A stretch of DNA of 30,270 nucleotides from Ilumatobacteraceae bacterium (GCA_049444115.1 JBMTPW010000001.1:1-30270), one strand, 5' to 3'; counted from the stretch's first letter, positions 8,347-17,480 are shown. The notes: a model not told the origin generated them from the letters alone. Made by a program: numbers and translations.

Positions 8347-9732
8347 GTGAGTGCCATCTCCGTCGCCGACGCCATTGATCGCTGGTCCGAGATCGATCGT
8401 CCCGAATCGAGCATCGGTCTTCGCTCGATCATCGCTCTGGATCCCGACGCCGAAGATCGCACCAATCGAGTGAGCGGAGGGGACGGCCCCTTGACCGGCG
8501 TGCCGGTGGTGTTGAAGGACAACATCGAGGCCGATGGTCTGCCTTGTACCGCAGGTTCGTTGGCATTGCGAGAAGTACCAATAGGTGCCGACTCACCGGT
8601 GGCGGATCGGCTCCGCCGGGCCGGAGCGGTCATCATCGGTGCGGCCAATCTCTCGGAATGGGCCAACATTCGCAGTACGCGGTCCAGCAGCGGTTGGTCG
8701 GCCGTGGGTGGATTGGTGGGAAACCCCTGGGCGCTCGATCGCAGTGCGGGTGGCTCGTCATCGGGCAGCGGTGCCGCCGTCGCCGCCGGCATCGTGTCCA
8801 TGGCCGTGGGCACCGAGACGGATGGGTCCATCACCTGTCCGGCGGCGCTGAATGGCGTGGTCGGTATCAAGCCCACCGTGGGTCTCGTACCCACTGACGG
8901 GATCGTTCCGGTGAGTGCCAGTCAGGACACCCCTGGTCCGTTGGCGCGCACCGTCGACGAGGCGGCGCTCATGTTGGCGGTGCTGTCCGACGATCCGGGG
9001 CTCGTGACCAGAAGCCGAAGCAATGATGTGTCGTCGCTGAAGATCGGAGTCGTCGACGCCTGGCGGACGGGCCACTCCGCCACGGACGCGTTGTTCGACG
9101 ACCTGCTCGGACTGCTGGCGTCCGATCTTTTCAATCTTTCGCCATCGAAGATGGTGGCCACACCCGAGGATGTGCAGGCCGACGAGTTCACGGTGCTGGT
9201 GCACGAACTGCGCTCCGACCTCGATGCATATCTGGCCCGTCGAGTTGGGCACGGTGGGCCACGTTCCCTGATCGAAGTCGTCGCCTTCAATCGTGACAAT
9301 GCGTCCGTTGAACTGGCGCACTTTGGGCAGGAGATCTTCGAGATGGCGGCAGCATCGTCTGGCCGTGAAGCCCCCGAGTATCGAGCCGCCAGAGCGCGCA
9401 ATCTCGAGTGGGTGCGAAACCACCTTCTCGTGGCTCTCGCCCAGCACGAGGTGCTGATTGCTCCGGCCTACATGCCTGCGTGGAAGACCGATTTCGTGCT
9501 CGGGCATCCTCCAGCCGGGGGAGCAGTGACCACACCCGCAGCAATTGCCGGTTTGCCGACCGTCACGATTCCGATGGGTCTCGTCGCTGGTCTTCCGGTC
9601 GCATTATCACTCGTGGGTGGTGCGCGGTCCGAAGCGCAGTTGATCGCCGTCGCTCGTGCGATCGAGAACGAACTCGGCTTGGTCGACGACCCGCAGTGGG
9701 GGCCGCAGTTCATCGCTCCGACGCGAGGCTGA
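8347..9732 (+). CDS. Amidase signature family amidase
   Basis: Lys in 'VLKDNIE', 'GGSSSGS', 'GTETDGSITCPA' (Ser-cisSer-Lys triad). TAGCAT lies 7 nt upstream of the GTG. Confidence 0.95.
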   Translation: MSAISVADAIDRWSEIDRPESSIGLRSIIALDPDAEDRTNRVSGGDGPLTGVPVVLKDNIEADGLPCTAGSLALREVPIGADSPVADRLRRAGAVIIGAANLSEWANIRSTRSSSGWSAVGGLVGNPWALDRSAGGSSSGSGAAVAAGIVSMAVGTETDGSITCPAALNGVVGIKPTVGLVPTDGIVPVSASQDTPGPLARTVDEAALMLAVLSDDPGLVTRSRSNDVSSLKIGVVDAWRTGHSATDALFDDLLGLLASDLFNLSPSKMVATPEDVQADEFTVLVHELRSDLDAYLARRVGHGGPRSLIEVVAFNRDNASVELAHFGQEIFEMAAASSGREAPEYRAARARNLEWVRNHLLVALAQHEVLIAPAYMPAWKTDFVLGHPPAGGAVTTPAAIAGLPTVTIPMGLVAGLPVALSLVGGARSEAQLIAVARAIENELGLVDDPQWGPQFIAPTRG

Positions 9733-9775
9733 TCGGACGTTCAAAGAGGCCCGGAACGATTGGTCGATTCCTGGG

Positions 9776-10102
9776 TCAGCGCAGGAATGGACGGAGTTCG
9801 ATGCGCCGATTGCACGCCAGGGATGCTTCCGCCGCAAGGGCCTCAGCGGTGGTGCGATCCGGTACTTCGATCACCCAGAAGCCGGCCATGTACGCATCGG
9901 TCTCCACTGCTGGACCCGACGAGACCTGGCCCGACCCTTGGCGATTGTCGAACACCGTGGCCTCATTGGGTGCAGCCACCCCGGCAGCAATGATGCGTTG
10001 TCCGGCTGCTTCGATCTTGACGTTGAAGGCATCAACTGCACCAGGCGCCTCGGGGCGACCGGGATCAGTCGTACTGTCGATGACTGCCATCAGAAAACGC
10101 AT
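9776..10102 (-). CDS. YciI/DGPF-family protein
   Basis: 'MRFLMAVID...SGPAVETDAYMAGFWVIEVPD...IELRPF' matches the YciI pattern. Start refined to ATG 10102, with TACTCT 6 nt upstream. Confidence 0.85.
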   Translation of the reverse strand: MRFLMAVIDSTTDPGRPEAPGAVDAFNVKIEAAGQRIIAAGVAAPNEATVFDNRQGSGQVSSGPAVETDAYMAGFWVIEVPDRTTAEALAAEASLACNRRIELRPFLR

Positions 10103-10146
10103 GTCGTCAGAGTAGTGATGGATTCTCTGACGAAATGTCCACGCGG

Positions 10147-10416
10147 ATGGCCAACATGAATGTCGCTGCTCTGGTCGAGGATGTGCAAAACGCAGTAGCG
10201 GTTCGAGCTCACACGCGAAACGAGACCGTCCGGGTGATCGCTGACTTCGTGGAGCAGGCCCGTCGAACCCCGGTGCCAGGGTCGTGGATCCAACATCACG
10301 ACGATCAACGCGCCAACGATTCGCACGACTGGCAGACGTCATCGATCATCGAACCTCCCGACACCCATTGGCATGGGCATGCGGTTCCGGACCGGGCCGC
10401 CCGATGGTTCGCATAG
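10147..10416 (+). CDS. Small hypothetical protein with His-rich C-terminal half
   Basis: Open frame with a helical-looking N-terminus, divergent from yciI. Start uncertain (10135, 10147 or 10156). Overlaps the read-through tail of the methyltransferase pseudogene. Confidence 0.4.
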   Translation: MANMNVAALVEDVQNAVAVRAHTRNETVRVIADFVEQARRTPVPGSWIQHHDDQRANDSHDWQTSSIIEPPDTHWHGHAVPDRAARWFA

Positions 10417-10788
10417 GAGAGAGTTTCCTCTGCCCACTTCGGCCCGGCGAAGGACTCCCAGTCGTTTCGGGGCTGGCCGGTGATGGCATCGACGAGCAGG
10501 AACCAATTGACCATGGTGAGCAGGCCACCGGGTCGAAGCAAGCCGAGCATGGTCTCGAGATGATCCGGCCGTTGTGCGAACCACGCATCGTCGTGGACCA
10601 CATCGAAAGGTCCTGCGATTGAATCGAGCACGTTGCGAACTCGTCCGGTCACGAATCGGACGGAGTCACCGAATCCCTGTTCCTTAGCCGTGTTCGCGTT
10701 GGTGGGTTTCACTGGCGAGACGGACGGTCTCGAACGGATCTCCGCCCACGAGTTGCGCGAGTTCGATTGCGACATCATCCAGGTTCAT
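10305..10788 (-). pseudogene. Class I SAM-dependent (O-)methyltransferase, internally deleted and frameshifted
   Basis: ATG 10788 overlaps the acetyltransferase stop and gives 34 aa 'MNLDDVAIE..DPFETVRLASETHQREHG*' (TAA 10686-10684). A different frame carries 'GDSVRFVTG..GPFDVVHDDAW..LLRPGGLL..NW'. No GxGxG motif I is present. Confidence 0.75.
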
Positions 10789-11462
10789 GATTCGAGCACC
10801 CGGGCCGGGTTGCCCACCACCGTGGTGTGGGGAGCGACATCTTTGGTGATGACGGCTCCCATCCCCACGATTGCACCTTCACCGATCACCAGAGGCCTAC
10901 CGGGGCTGCCCTGACGAATCACGGCACCGGTGCCGATGTAGGCGTGGTCCCCAATGCGGACGTTGCCGTTGCAGGAGACCCTCGGAGCGAAGGTCACGAA
11001 GTCACCGATCACACAATCGTGTTCGACATAGGAATACATGTGACAGTGGAAGAAGCGTCCGATGCGGACGTTCGTGGTCACCGTGGACAAGTGTCCGAAG
11101 ATCGCACCCTCGCCGATGGCATTCGCATCACCGATGGCTGCTGTTCGAGAACTGATCTGCATCGGACGAGCATCGTGGGCGAGCAGTTCGGCAACGATCT
11201 CCTCCCTGATACGCGAATCCGCGATGGCCACGTTGAAGAGGTGTTCTGGTGCCGGTGTTCCGATGAATTGCGCTGGTGTCGTGCAAGGCAGACCATTGAC
11301 TCGCTCCGACGCGGGGCTCGTCTCCAAGAACGTGACGGAGAAAGATCCATCGCCGTACTGGGAGGAGAGTTGATCGAGGGCCCAGGGCATGGCAGTCCGA
11401 CCGAATCCTCCGGCCCCGACCAGGCCGAAGAGAACCCCTGAATCAGATGTGGATATCCCCAT
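10785..11462 (-). CDS. NeuD/PglD-family sugar acetyltransferase (hexapeptide left-handed beta-helix)
   Basis: N-terminal 'GAGGFGR', hexapeptide repeats, 'VEHDC' His, 'GAVITKDV..TTVVGNPAR'. SD GGAGG precedes ATG 11462. Confidence 0.92.
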   Translation of the reverse strand: MGISTSDSGVLFGLVGAGGFGRTAMPWALDQLSSQYGDGSFSVTFLETSPASERVNGLPCTTPAQFIGTPAPEHLFNVAIADSRIREEIVAELLAHDARPMQISSRTAAIGDANAIGEGAIFGHLSTVTTNVRIGRFFHCHMYSYVEHDCVIGDFVTFAPRVSCNGNVRIGDHAYIGTGAVIRQGSPGRPLVIGEGAIVGMGAVITKDVAPHTTVVGNPARVLES

Positions 11463-11607
11463 GGCGTCCCTCCGAGCCTGCTCAACGGTACCGGCTGTCG
11501 GCAGCGGGGACCCTCGATTGCACCCTTCGGTAGTGACCTGTGTCCATGTCGGCCGGGAGGTCCGGTTCGGATGGGTCGGATTCGGGGCGCGGTGGCAGAC
11601 TGGCGCC

Positions 11608-12828
11608 ATGAGCGCTACCACCACTGACGATGTCCTATCGCCTGAGGAGGCCGAAGCCTTCCGCCTGAAGGTTCGGGCATTTCTCGAAGAGCACGCCACC
11701 GGCGTGGATCGGGGGGCGGCTTCGACCATCGAAACCGGGAAGAAGTTCCAGCAGTCGTTGACGGCCGCGGGACTCGCAGGACTCGTCTATCCGAAGGAGT
11801 ACGGGGGTGCCGGACTCACTCGCGCCCATGATCGGATCTATCGCGAGGAATACGCGAAGTTTCCCGACATGACCTTCGAATTGACCATCAGCCACGGCAT
11901 GTGCCTGCCGGTCCTGAACCAGTTCGGAACCGAAGAGCACAAGAAGCAGTTCATGCCCGACAACATCGCAGCGCGAACGATGTGGTGCCAACTGTTCTCC
12001 GAACCCGGAGCCGGATCGGATGTCGCCAGTCTGCAGACGAAAGCCGAACTGGACGGCGACGAGTGGGTGTTGAACGGCCAGAAGGTGTGGACGACCCTGG
12101 CGCATGTTTGCGACTACGGCGTGATCATTGCCCGTACCAACCCGGATGCGCCCAAACATGCCGGCATCTCGATGTTCATCATGGACATGAAGGCTCCTGG
12201 TGTGGAAATCCGTCCGATCCACCAGATCGATGGCGGCCGTCATTTCAATGAGGTCTTCCTCACCGATGTGCGGATCCCGAAATCGTGGCTCTTGGGCGAA
12301 CTGAACAATGGATGGAATCAGGCCACCGCCATGCTCATGTTCGAGCGCGTGGCCATCGGTACCGGATCCTCGAGTGGCGTGACTCATACACTCGCCGATC
12401 GACTCATCGATGTGGCCAAGAACAATGGCAAGCTGCACGATCCCGTCATCCGCCAGGAACTGATGAAGCTCTACAGCGAAGAGACGGCGAAGTCGTTGGT
12501 GTCCATGCGCACTCGAGCGGAAATGAAGGCCGGACGCGTTCCTGGTCCGGGTGGATCGCTGGGCAAGTTGCACGGAGCCAAGATCGCCAAGTTCAGCCGC
12601 ACCTTGATCAATCGCCTGGTCGGTCCCGACTGCGACGCGTGGGAGGACACAGGACGCGGAGAGAACTGGGCCCGATACATCCTGACCAGCTTTCAGTCCA
12701 GCATCGCCGGAGGAACCGATGAGATCCAGCGGAACATCATCGGTGACCGCGTGCTCGGCCTGCCCCGCGAGCCCATGGTCGACAAGGATCTCCCTTTCAA
12801 GGATCTGAAGGTCGGGACACAGCGCTGA
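11608..12828 (+). CDS. Acyl-CoA dehydrogenase (FadE6/17/26-like group)
   Basis: 'WCQLFSEPGAGSD', 'NGQKVWTT', 'FNEVFL', 'IAGGTDEIQRNIIG'. Start refined to ATG 11608. Confidence 0.95.
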   Translation: MSATTTDDVLSPEEAEAFRLKVRAFLEEHATGVDRGAASTIETGKKFQQSLTAAGLAGLVYPKEYGGAGLTRAHDRIYREEYAKFPDMTFELTISHGMCLPVLNQFGTEEHKKQFMPDNIAARTMWCQLFSEPGAGSDVASLQTKAELDGDEWVLNGQKVWTTLAHVCDYGVIIARTNPDAPKHAGISMFIMDMKAPGVEIRPIHQIDGGRHFNEVFLTDVRIPKSWLLGELNNGWNQATAMLMFERVAIGTGSSSGVTHTLADRLIDVAKNNGKLHDPVIRQELMKLYSEETAKSLVSMRTRAEMKAGRVPGPGGSLGKLHGAKIAKFSRTLINRLVGPDCDAWEDTGRGENWARYILTSFQSSIAGGTDEIQRNIIGDRVLGLPREPMVDKDLPFKDLKVGTQR

Positions 12829-12847
12829 CCACCGGCGCGACTCGGAC

Positions 12848-13708
12848 ATGCCCATGAAACTCGACCAAATCTGGGTGTATCCGGTGAAGTCGATGGAGGG
12901 CGACACCGTCGACTCGGGTGACATGGACGCCTTCGGCATCGTCGGAGACCGCATGTGGGCGGTGCGCGATTTGGAGAACGGTGGTATCCGTGGGGCCAAG
13001 AAGCTCGGCGCCTTGATGCAATTGTCGGCTCGGTATACCGGGCGGTTGGATGAGCAAGGGCGCCGGATCGTCGAGATCACCTTGCCAGATGGCCAGGTGG
13101 TCACCTCCGGAGACCCGGCGGTGGACGAGATGGTGAGTGCGTTCGTCGGCACACCGGTCCGCCTCGAACATCTGCAACCCGCCGACGACCTGGATCACTA
13201 TCGACGGGGCGCGCCGGGGTCCGAGGACATGCTGACCGAACTGCGCGCCGTATTCGGGCGGGACGAATCCGAGCCACTGCCGGATTTCTCAGTCTTTCCC
13301 ACCGAGGTCATCGAATTCGAGTCGCCGCCGGGGACCTATTACGACTGCTGGCCGCTGATGGTGATGACCACCTCGGCCCTGCGCGCCGTGCGCGATGCCG
13401 TGCCCTCATCGGTCGTGGACGTACGACGTTTCCGTCCAAGTCTGGTCATCGACGTACCGGAGGTCGTGGGACATCCTGAATTCGGCTGGGCGAACAAGCG
13501 GGCCACGCTTGGGAGTTGCGAGATCGAATTCCTGTCCCCGTGTCCGCGTTGCGTCATGGTGACCCGCCGGGTGAACTCGGATGTGCCGGACGATCGGGAC
13601 ATTCTGCGCCACATCGTGCGCGACCTCGACCAGAACTTGGGCATTTATGGCCGGATCACCAAACCGGGTCGGGTGAACGTCGGTGATGAACTGATCATCC
13701 GGGACTGA
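12848..13708 (+). CDS. MOSC domain protein (MOSC_N + MOSC; mARC/YcbX-like)
   Basis: 'YPVKSM', 'GDRMWAV', 'RRFRPSLV', conserved 'CPRC', 'LGIYG...G.VNVGD'. Start at 12848 or 12854. Confidence 0.92.
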   Translation: MPMKLDQIWVYPVKSMEGDTVDSGDMDAFGIVGDRMWAVRDLENGGIRGAKKLGALMQLSARYTGRLDEQGRRIVEITLPDGQVVTSGDPAVDEMVSAFVGTPVRLEHLQPADDLDHYRRGAPGSEDMLTELRAVFGRDESEPLPDFSVFPTEVIEFESPPGTYYDCWPLMVMTTSALRAVRDAVPSSVVDVRRFRPSLVIDVPEVVGHPEFGWANKRATLGSCEIEFLSPCPRCVMVTRRVNSDVPDDRDILRHIVRDLDQNLGIYGRITKPGRVNVGDELIIRD

Positions 13709-13714
13709 ATCGCT

Positions 13715-14596
13715 TCACGGGTCACGCAAAGGGCGTGGTTTCGATGTGGCATCACCAGCATCTCCGCCGAAGGACGAAGAGGATTGACGTTCGTTGAGCA
13801 CGGCGAAGGGATCTCGCACATCGTCCACGTAACCGAGTGCATACGCGCCGAGCGAGTAGCCGGCGAGACGCTGCACGTGTTCGGGAAGTCGGCGCGCCCT
13901 CTCGGGTGGACACGACAGGTACTGGTTCTCCTCCTGGCGTAACCACCCCAGGATGTAGTCCACGTTCAAGCCACGGCGAGTCATGGAAGAGTTGTTGGCT
14001 CCACCGCCGTGAATGGTGCGCCCGGTGTAGACGACCACCGACCCCTTGGGCATGACCGCCCCGACGGTGCGGTCCACGGCAGCGGTCTCCGAAGCGGGAG
14101 CGGTCAAGCTGTTCGGAAGAAGGCGCGTAGCTCCGTTCTCTTCGGTGAAGTCGTCGAGAGCCCAGATGGTGGAGAGTTCCACGTCGATGGTCGGATCGAA
14201 GGGAAAGAAGTCGAAACACCATTGGTCCCGGTGCAATGGCTGGGCTGGAGATCCGGGTCCGATGGCGATGATCTGGGTCAGGTGCAACTGCACACTGGAC
14301 TTGCCGGACCACAGGATTCGATCCGCGAGGTCCAGGATCAGTGGATGGGCGATCATGTCGATGCTGGTATCCGAGCGCGCCAGCAGTCCGCCGGTTCGGG
14401 TGGTGTTTCGTCCAGTGAAGTCGTCGCCACCGACGGGAGTGGCGTCGATGTAGGGCGCCATCTCGTTCAGCATGCGATCGATGGTGTCCACGTCCACTAG
14501 TCGCTCGATGATGGCGCAACCGACATCGGCGACTGCTGCGGCGATGTCGACTGAAGAACTCGACCGGTCGAATCGGGGAATGGTGGTCGGTGCCAT
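13715..14596 (-). CDS. Phytanoyl-CoA dioxygenase (PhyH) family Fe(II)/2OG dioxygenase
   Basis: HxD 'QPLHRD', distal His 'IHGGGAN', Arg in 'RRGL', 'WLRQEENQ'. Confidence 0.92.
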   Translation of the reverse strand: MAPTTIPRFDRSSSSVDIAAAVADVGCAIIERLVDVDTIDRMLNEMAPYIDATPVGGDDFTGRNTTRTGGLLARSDTSIDMIAHPLILDLADRILWSGKSSVQLHLTQIIAIGPGSPAQPLHRDQWCFDFFPFDPTIDVELSTIWALDDFTEENGATRLLPNSLTAPASETAAVDRTVGAVMPKGSVVVYTGRTIHGGGANNSSMTRRGLNVDYILGWLRQEENQYLSCPPERARRLPEHVQRLAGYSLGAYALGYVDDVRDPFAVLNERQSSSSFGGDAGDATSKPRPLRDP

Positions 14597-14619
14597 CGGG
14601 TCTCCTCAGTGTCGAATGG

Positions 14620-15723
14620 TCAGGGCATGATCAGAACGGGTTTGATGACTGCGCCACTGGCGCTGGCGGCCTCGGCCTCGTTGATCCGGTCCAAGGGGAA
14701 CTCGGTGATCAGCTCGTGGAAAGGAAATTCGCCGCGAGCATTCAGAGCAGCAAGTTGGGGAATGAATTCCCGGGGAATCGAATCACCTTCCATGACCCCG
14801 GTGATGGTGCGTCCGCTGATCATGGAGAGGAAATCGACCGAGAGATCCCCGAAGCCCACACCAGCCAACGCAATGGTGCCGGTGACGTTGAGAGCGGCGT
14901 GGCTGGCCCGCACCACGGCAGCATTGCCAGTGGTGTCGAATGCGTAATCGCTGCCGTGGCCGGTGATGTCCCGGATTGCTCCGGTGATGTCGTCGGTCGG
15001 GCCGGACGAGGCGATGACATGAGTGGCCCCGAACTTCGTGGCGAGATCCAATCGGCTGGCGTGTCGGTCCACGGCGATGATGGTCGAGGCCTTGGCCACC
15101 TTGGCAGCCATGACCGCGCTCAAACCGAGCGCACCGGCTCCGGTGATGACCACGCTGGATCCTGCCTCGACGGCGAGGGTGTTCAAGATGGCTCCTGCCC
15201 CGGTCTGGATACCGCATCCGAGTGGTCCCAGGATCCTCAGGTCGTAGGAGGGATCGATGGGAACCACCGATGTCTCGGCTACTACGGCCCGTGACGAGAA
15301 CGACGACTGCCCGAAGTAGTGCGAACCGACCCGTGATCCATCGGCCGCTGTGAGTGACGAGGTTCCGTCCGGTCGTCCGCCGGACATGTTGTGGAGACTG
15401 AAGTCGAAGCAGTACGGATACCGACGTTTTCGGCACGACGGACACGTGCCACATGAGTTGAACGACAACACCACGTGGTCCCCAATGGATACCGAGGTGA
15501 CGGCAGACCCGATCTCTTCGACGACTCCCGCTCCTTCGTGTCCGTACACCTGGGGACCGCCGAAGAACTCGGGAGGCAATTCTCTCGACAACAGATCGGT
15601 GTGGCACATTCCGGCGGCCACCACGCGCACCAGCACTTCTCGCGGTCCAACAGGTCCGAGCGCGAGTTCTTCGATGATGAAAGGGCCGTTGCCGGCCCGC
15701 AGGACTGCGGCTGTGGTCTTCAT
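14620..15723 (-). CDS. Zn-dependent NAD(P) alcohol dehydrogenase (aryl/benzyl-alcohol DH-like MDR)
   Basis: 'GMCHTD', 'GHEGAG', structural Zn 'CGTCPSC..YC', 'LGCGIQTGAG', 'GAGALG'. Start refined to ATG 15723, overlapping the Nudix stop. Confidence 0.95.
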   Translation of the reverse strand: MKTTAAVLRAGNGPFIIEELALGPVGPREVLVRVVAAGMCHTDLLSRELPPEFFGGPQVYGHEGAGVVEEIGSAVTSVSIGDHVVLSFNSCGTCPSCRKRRYPYCFDFSLHNMSGGRPDGTSSLTAADGSRVGSHYFGQSSFSSRAVVAETSVVPIDPSYDLRILGPLGCGIQTGAGAILNTLAVEAGSSVVITGAGALGLSAVMAAKVAKASTIIAVDRHASRLDLATKFGATHVIASSGPTDDITGAIRDITGHGSDYAFDTTGNAAVVRASHAALNVTGTIALAGVGFGDLSVDFLSMISGRTITGVMEGDSIPREFIPQLAALNARGEFPFHELITEFPLDRINEAEAASASGAVIKPVLIMP

Positions 15724-16202
15724 AGAAGGGGCAGAGTAGCCCGCAACTTGGGCAGCACGTGGGGCCAGGAGGACCGCAGTCCAGGGTGCAGGTCGAAGGA
15801 TTCGACGTCGTCGAGAGGGACCCATCGCACCTCATCGGATTCGTAGTTCGCCTCGTGGGCCCCGACGTCGCCGGTGACGTGGGCGATGACCGTGTCGTAG
15901 CGCCAATTGCCGTGATCGTCGGAATACAAGTCCTTGACTTCCAAGAAGCGCGGATCGATACCGGCTTCCTCGTAGGCCTCTCGGACCGCAGCTTCGACGG
16001 AATCCTCATGTGAATCGAGGGCGCCGCCCGGAATGGCCCAGGTTCCGCCGCCGTGGGTCCACGCCGCCCGCAATTGCAGAAGTACGTGGGGTTTCTCGTC
16101 CATATCGAAACGCACCATCAAGAGACCGGCTGCGCCGAACAGTCCCCAGTGTCGGAATCCACAATGGCAGAACACCCAACCGTCACCATCGCGAAATGCC
16201 AT
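15720..16202 (-). CDS. Nudix hydrolase, MutT3-like
   Basis: Complete Nudix box G-ALDSH-E-DSVEAAV-REAYEEAG. N-terminal 'GDGWV...HWG.FGAAGLL' and 'LHPG...SW' resemble mycobacterial MutT3. Confidence 0.92.
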   Translation of the reverse strand: MAFRDGDGWVFCHCGFRHWGLFGAAGLLMVRFDMDEKPHVLLQLRAAWTHGGGTWAIPGGALDSHEDSVEAAVREAYEEAGIDPRFLEVKDLYSDDHGNWRYDTVIAHVTGDVGAHEANYESDEVRWVPLDDVESFDLHPGLRSSWPHVLPKLRATLPLL

Positions 16203-16252
16203 GACGCGATTGTGTCAGAAACGAATGCACCGACCCGAGCGGGCGCAGTCGG

Positions 16253-17437
16253 TCATGCGGCCGCTCCCATCGGCTCGTGTCGGACAACAGTCGTCCAACG
16301 TCGAGGTCCGGCCAGGATCAATCCCGTGACCACCAAGCAGATCATGATCAGCGCCGTGGTTACGAACGTGAAACCTCGGCCGAACGCGTCGTAGCCCCAT
16401 CCTGCCAAGGACGCCGAGAGTCCACCGGTCAGCGTCTGCAGCCCGCCGAGCAGTCCTTGGGCCCCGGCCTGTCGTTCGGCAGGCGCAGCCATGCCAACTG
16501 CGATTCCGGCACTGGTCACCGACAATCCGTCGTTGGTGGTGTGGAGCAAGAACACGCCGAGCATCAGGTAGGGGCTCGGAAGCAGACCGTAGAGACACAT
16601 GAAGATCGCGCCCATGAACATCCCGATCGCTCCGACCTTGTAGGGACCCACGCGCTGGGCCAGGCGACCCCCGATCGGACCGAGGACGATCATCGGCAGG
16701 GCGAACAAACTGACACCGGCATCGGCCATCCAGGACGGAGCCTCGAGATCGTCCATCATCACCGCCCACAGAGAATCGAAGGTGCCGATCATCAAGAACA
16801 GCGCCAGTCCGATGAGGACTGCCCCGGTGACAGCAGGGATTCTCAGGAGATCGAAGGCGAATCGCTCGGTCGGACGGCCTTCGTGGGCCGTCTCGGGGAT
16901 GGGAACCCGGAACAACTCCGCCGCCACGATCACCACGGCTCCGGCAATGATCAAGAACGGTGCCTGGATGCCGAGAGTGTCCACGGTGAGAGCCGAGAGC
17001 ATCGGTCCGATGGCGAAACCGGCGATGTCCACGCTCAAGAGGCGACCCATGTTGTCGCCCAGGTTCTCGGGATCGGCCACGATGACGATGCGCCGCAGGG
17101 CCGGCAATGCCATGCCACCACCGATTCCCATGACCACTCGTCCGAGAAGCAGGACCGGCAGGTTGGTTCCGAAAGCCATGCCCAGGCTCCCGATGACGGT
17201 CATGGTGAAACCGAGGACGAGAAGTGCCTTGGCATGACCTCGATCGGCGAGGGGAGCGATGAGCACTTGGCTCACGAAGGACGCGAAGAAGCCGACGGCT
17301 ACTACCAAGCCCAGACCCGATTCGGCGATCCCGTAGGCGTCCCGGTAGTCGTCCAGCATCGTGAACATCACGCCATAACTTGCCGACATGACGGCGGTCG
17401 CGAATTGCAGGGTGAGAACGAGGCGCCTGATTGGCAT
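16253..17437 (-). CDS. MFS transporter
   Basis: About 12 hydrophobic segments, motif A 'APLADRGHAK' and 'GRLAQRVGP'. TAGTTT lies 6 nt upstream of the ATG. Confidence 0.93.
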   Translation of the reverse strand: MPIRRLVLTLQFATAVMSASYGVMFTMLDDYRDAYGIAESGLGLVVAVGFFASFVSQVLIAPLADRGHAKALLVLGFTMTVIGSLGMAFGTNLPVLLLGRVVMGIGGGMALPALRRIVIVADPENLGDNMGRLLSVDIAGFAIGPMLSALTVDTLGIQAPFLIIAGAVVIVAAELFRVPIPETAHEGRPTERFAFDLLRIPAVTGAVLIGLALFLMIGTFDSLWAVMMDDLEAPSWMADAGVSLFALPMIVLGPIGGRLAQRVGPYKVGAIGMFMGAIFMCLYGLLPSPYLMLGVFLLHTTNDGLSVTSAGIAVGMAAPAERQAGAQGLLGGLQTLTGGLSASLAGWGYDAFGRGFTFVTTALIMICLVVTGLILAGPRRWTTVVRHEPMGAAA

Positions 17438-17466
17438 GGAACGAAACTACTCGCTCGAAAAGAGTG

Positions 17467-17480
17467 AATCCTCAGGGATT
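17467..17480. promoter_or_regulatory. Palindrome AATCC-N4-GGATT between the back-to-back MFS and tauD-like promoters
   Basis: Read directly from sequence; abuts the TAGCCT -10 at 17480-17485. Confidence 0.4.

Noticed and set aside
10305-10400. Cys-rich 'CPCQ...CQSC' tail as a metal-binding motif
   Set aside because: Probably read-through of the broken methyltransferase into the antisense of the small plus-strand ORF.
11635-13152. 505-aa minus-strand ORF
   Set aside because: Antisense shadow of the ACAD and MOSC genes with no motifs; such shadows are expected in high-GC coding DNA.
14783-16009. 408-aa minus-strand ORF overlapping the ADH and Nudix genes
   Set aside because: Alternative-frame, Arg/Gly-rich artefact over two well-supported genes.
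16277-17467. 396-aa plus-strand ORF
   Set aside because: Antisense to the MFS gene, with no recognisable domain.
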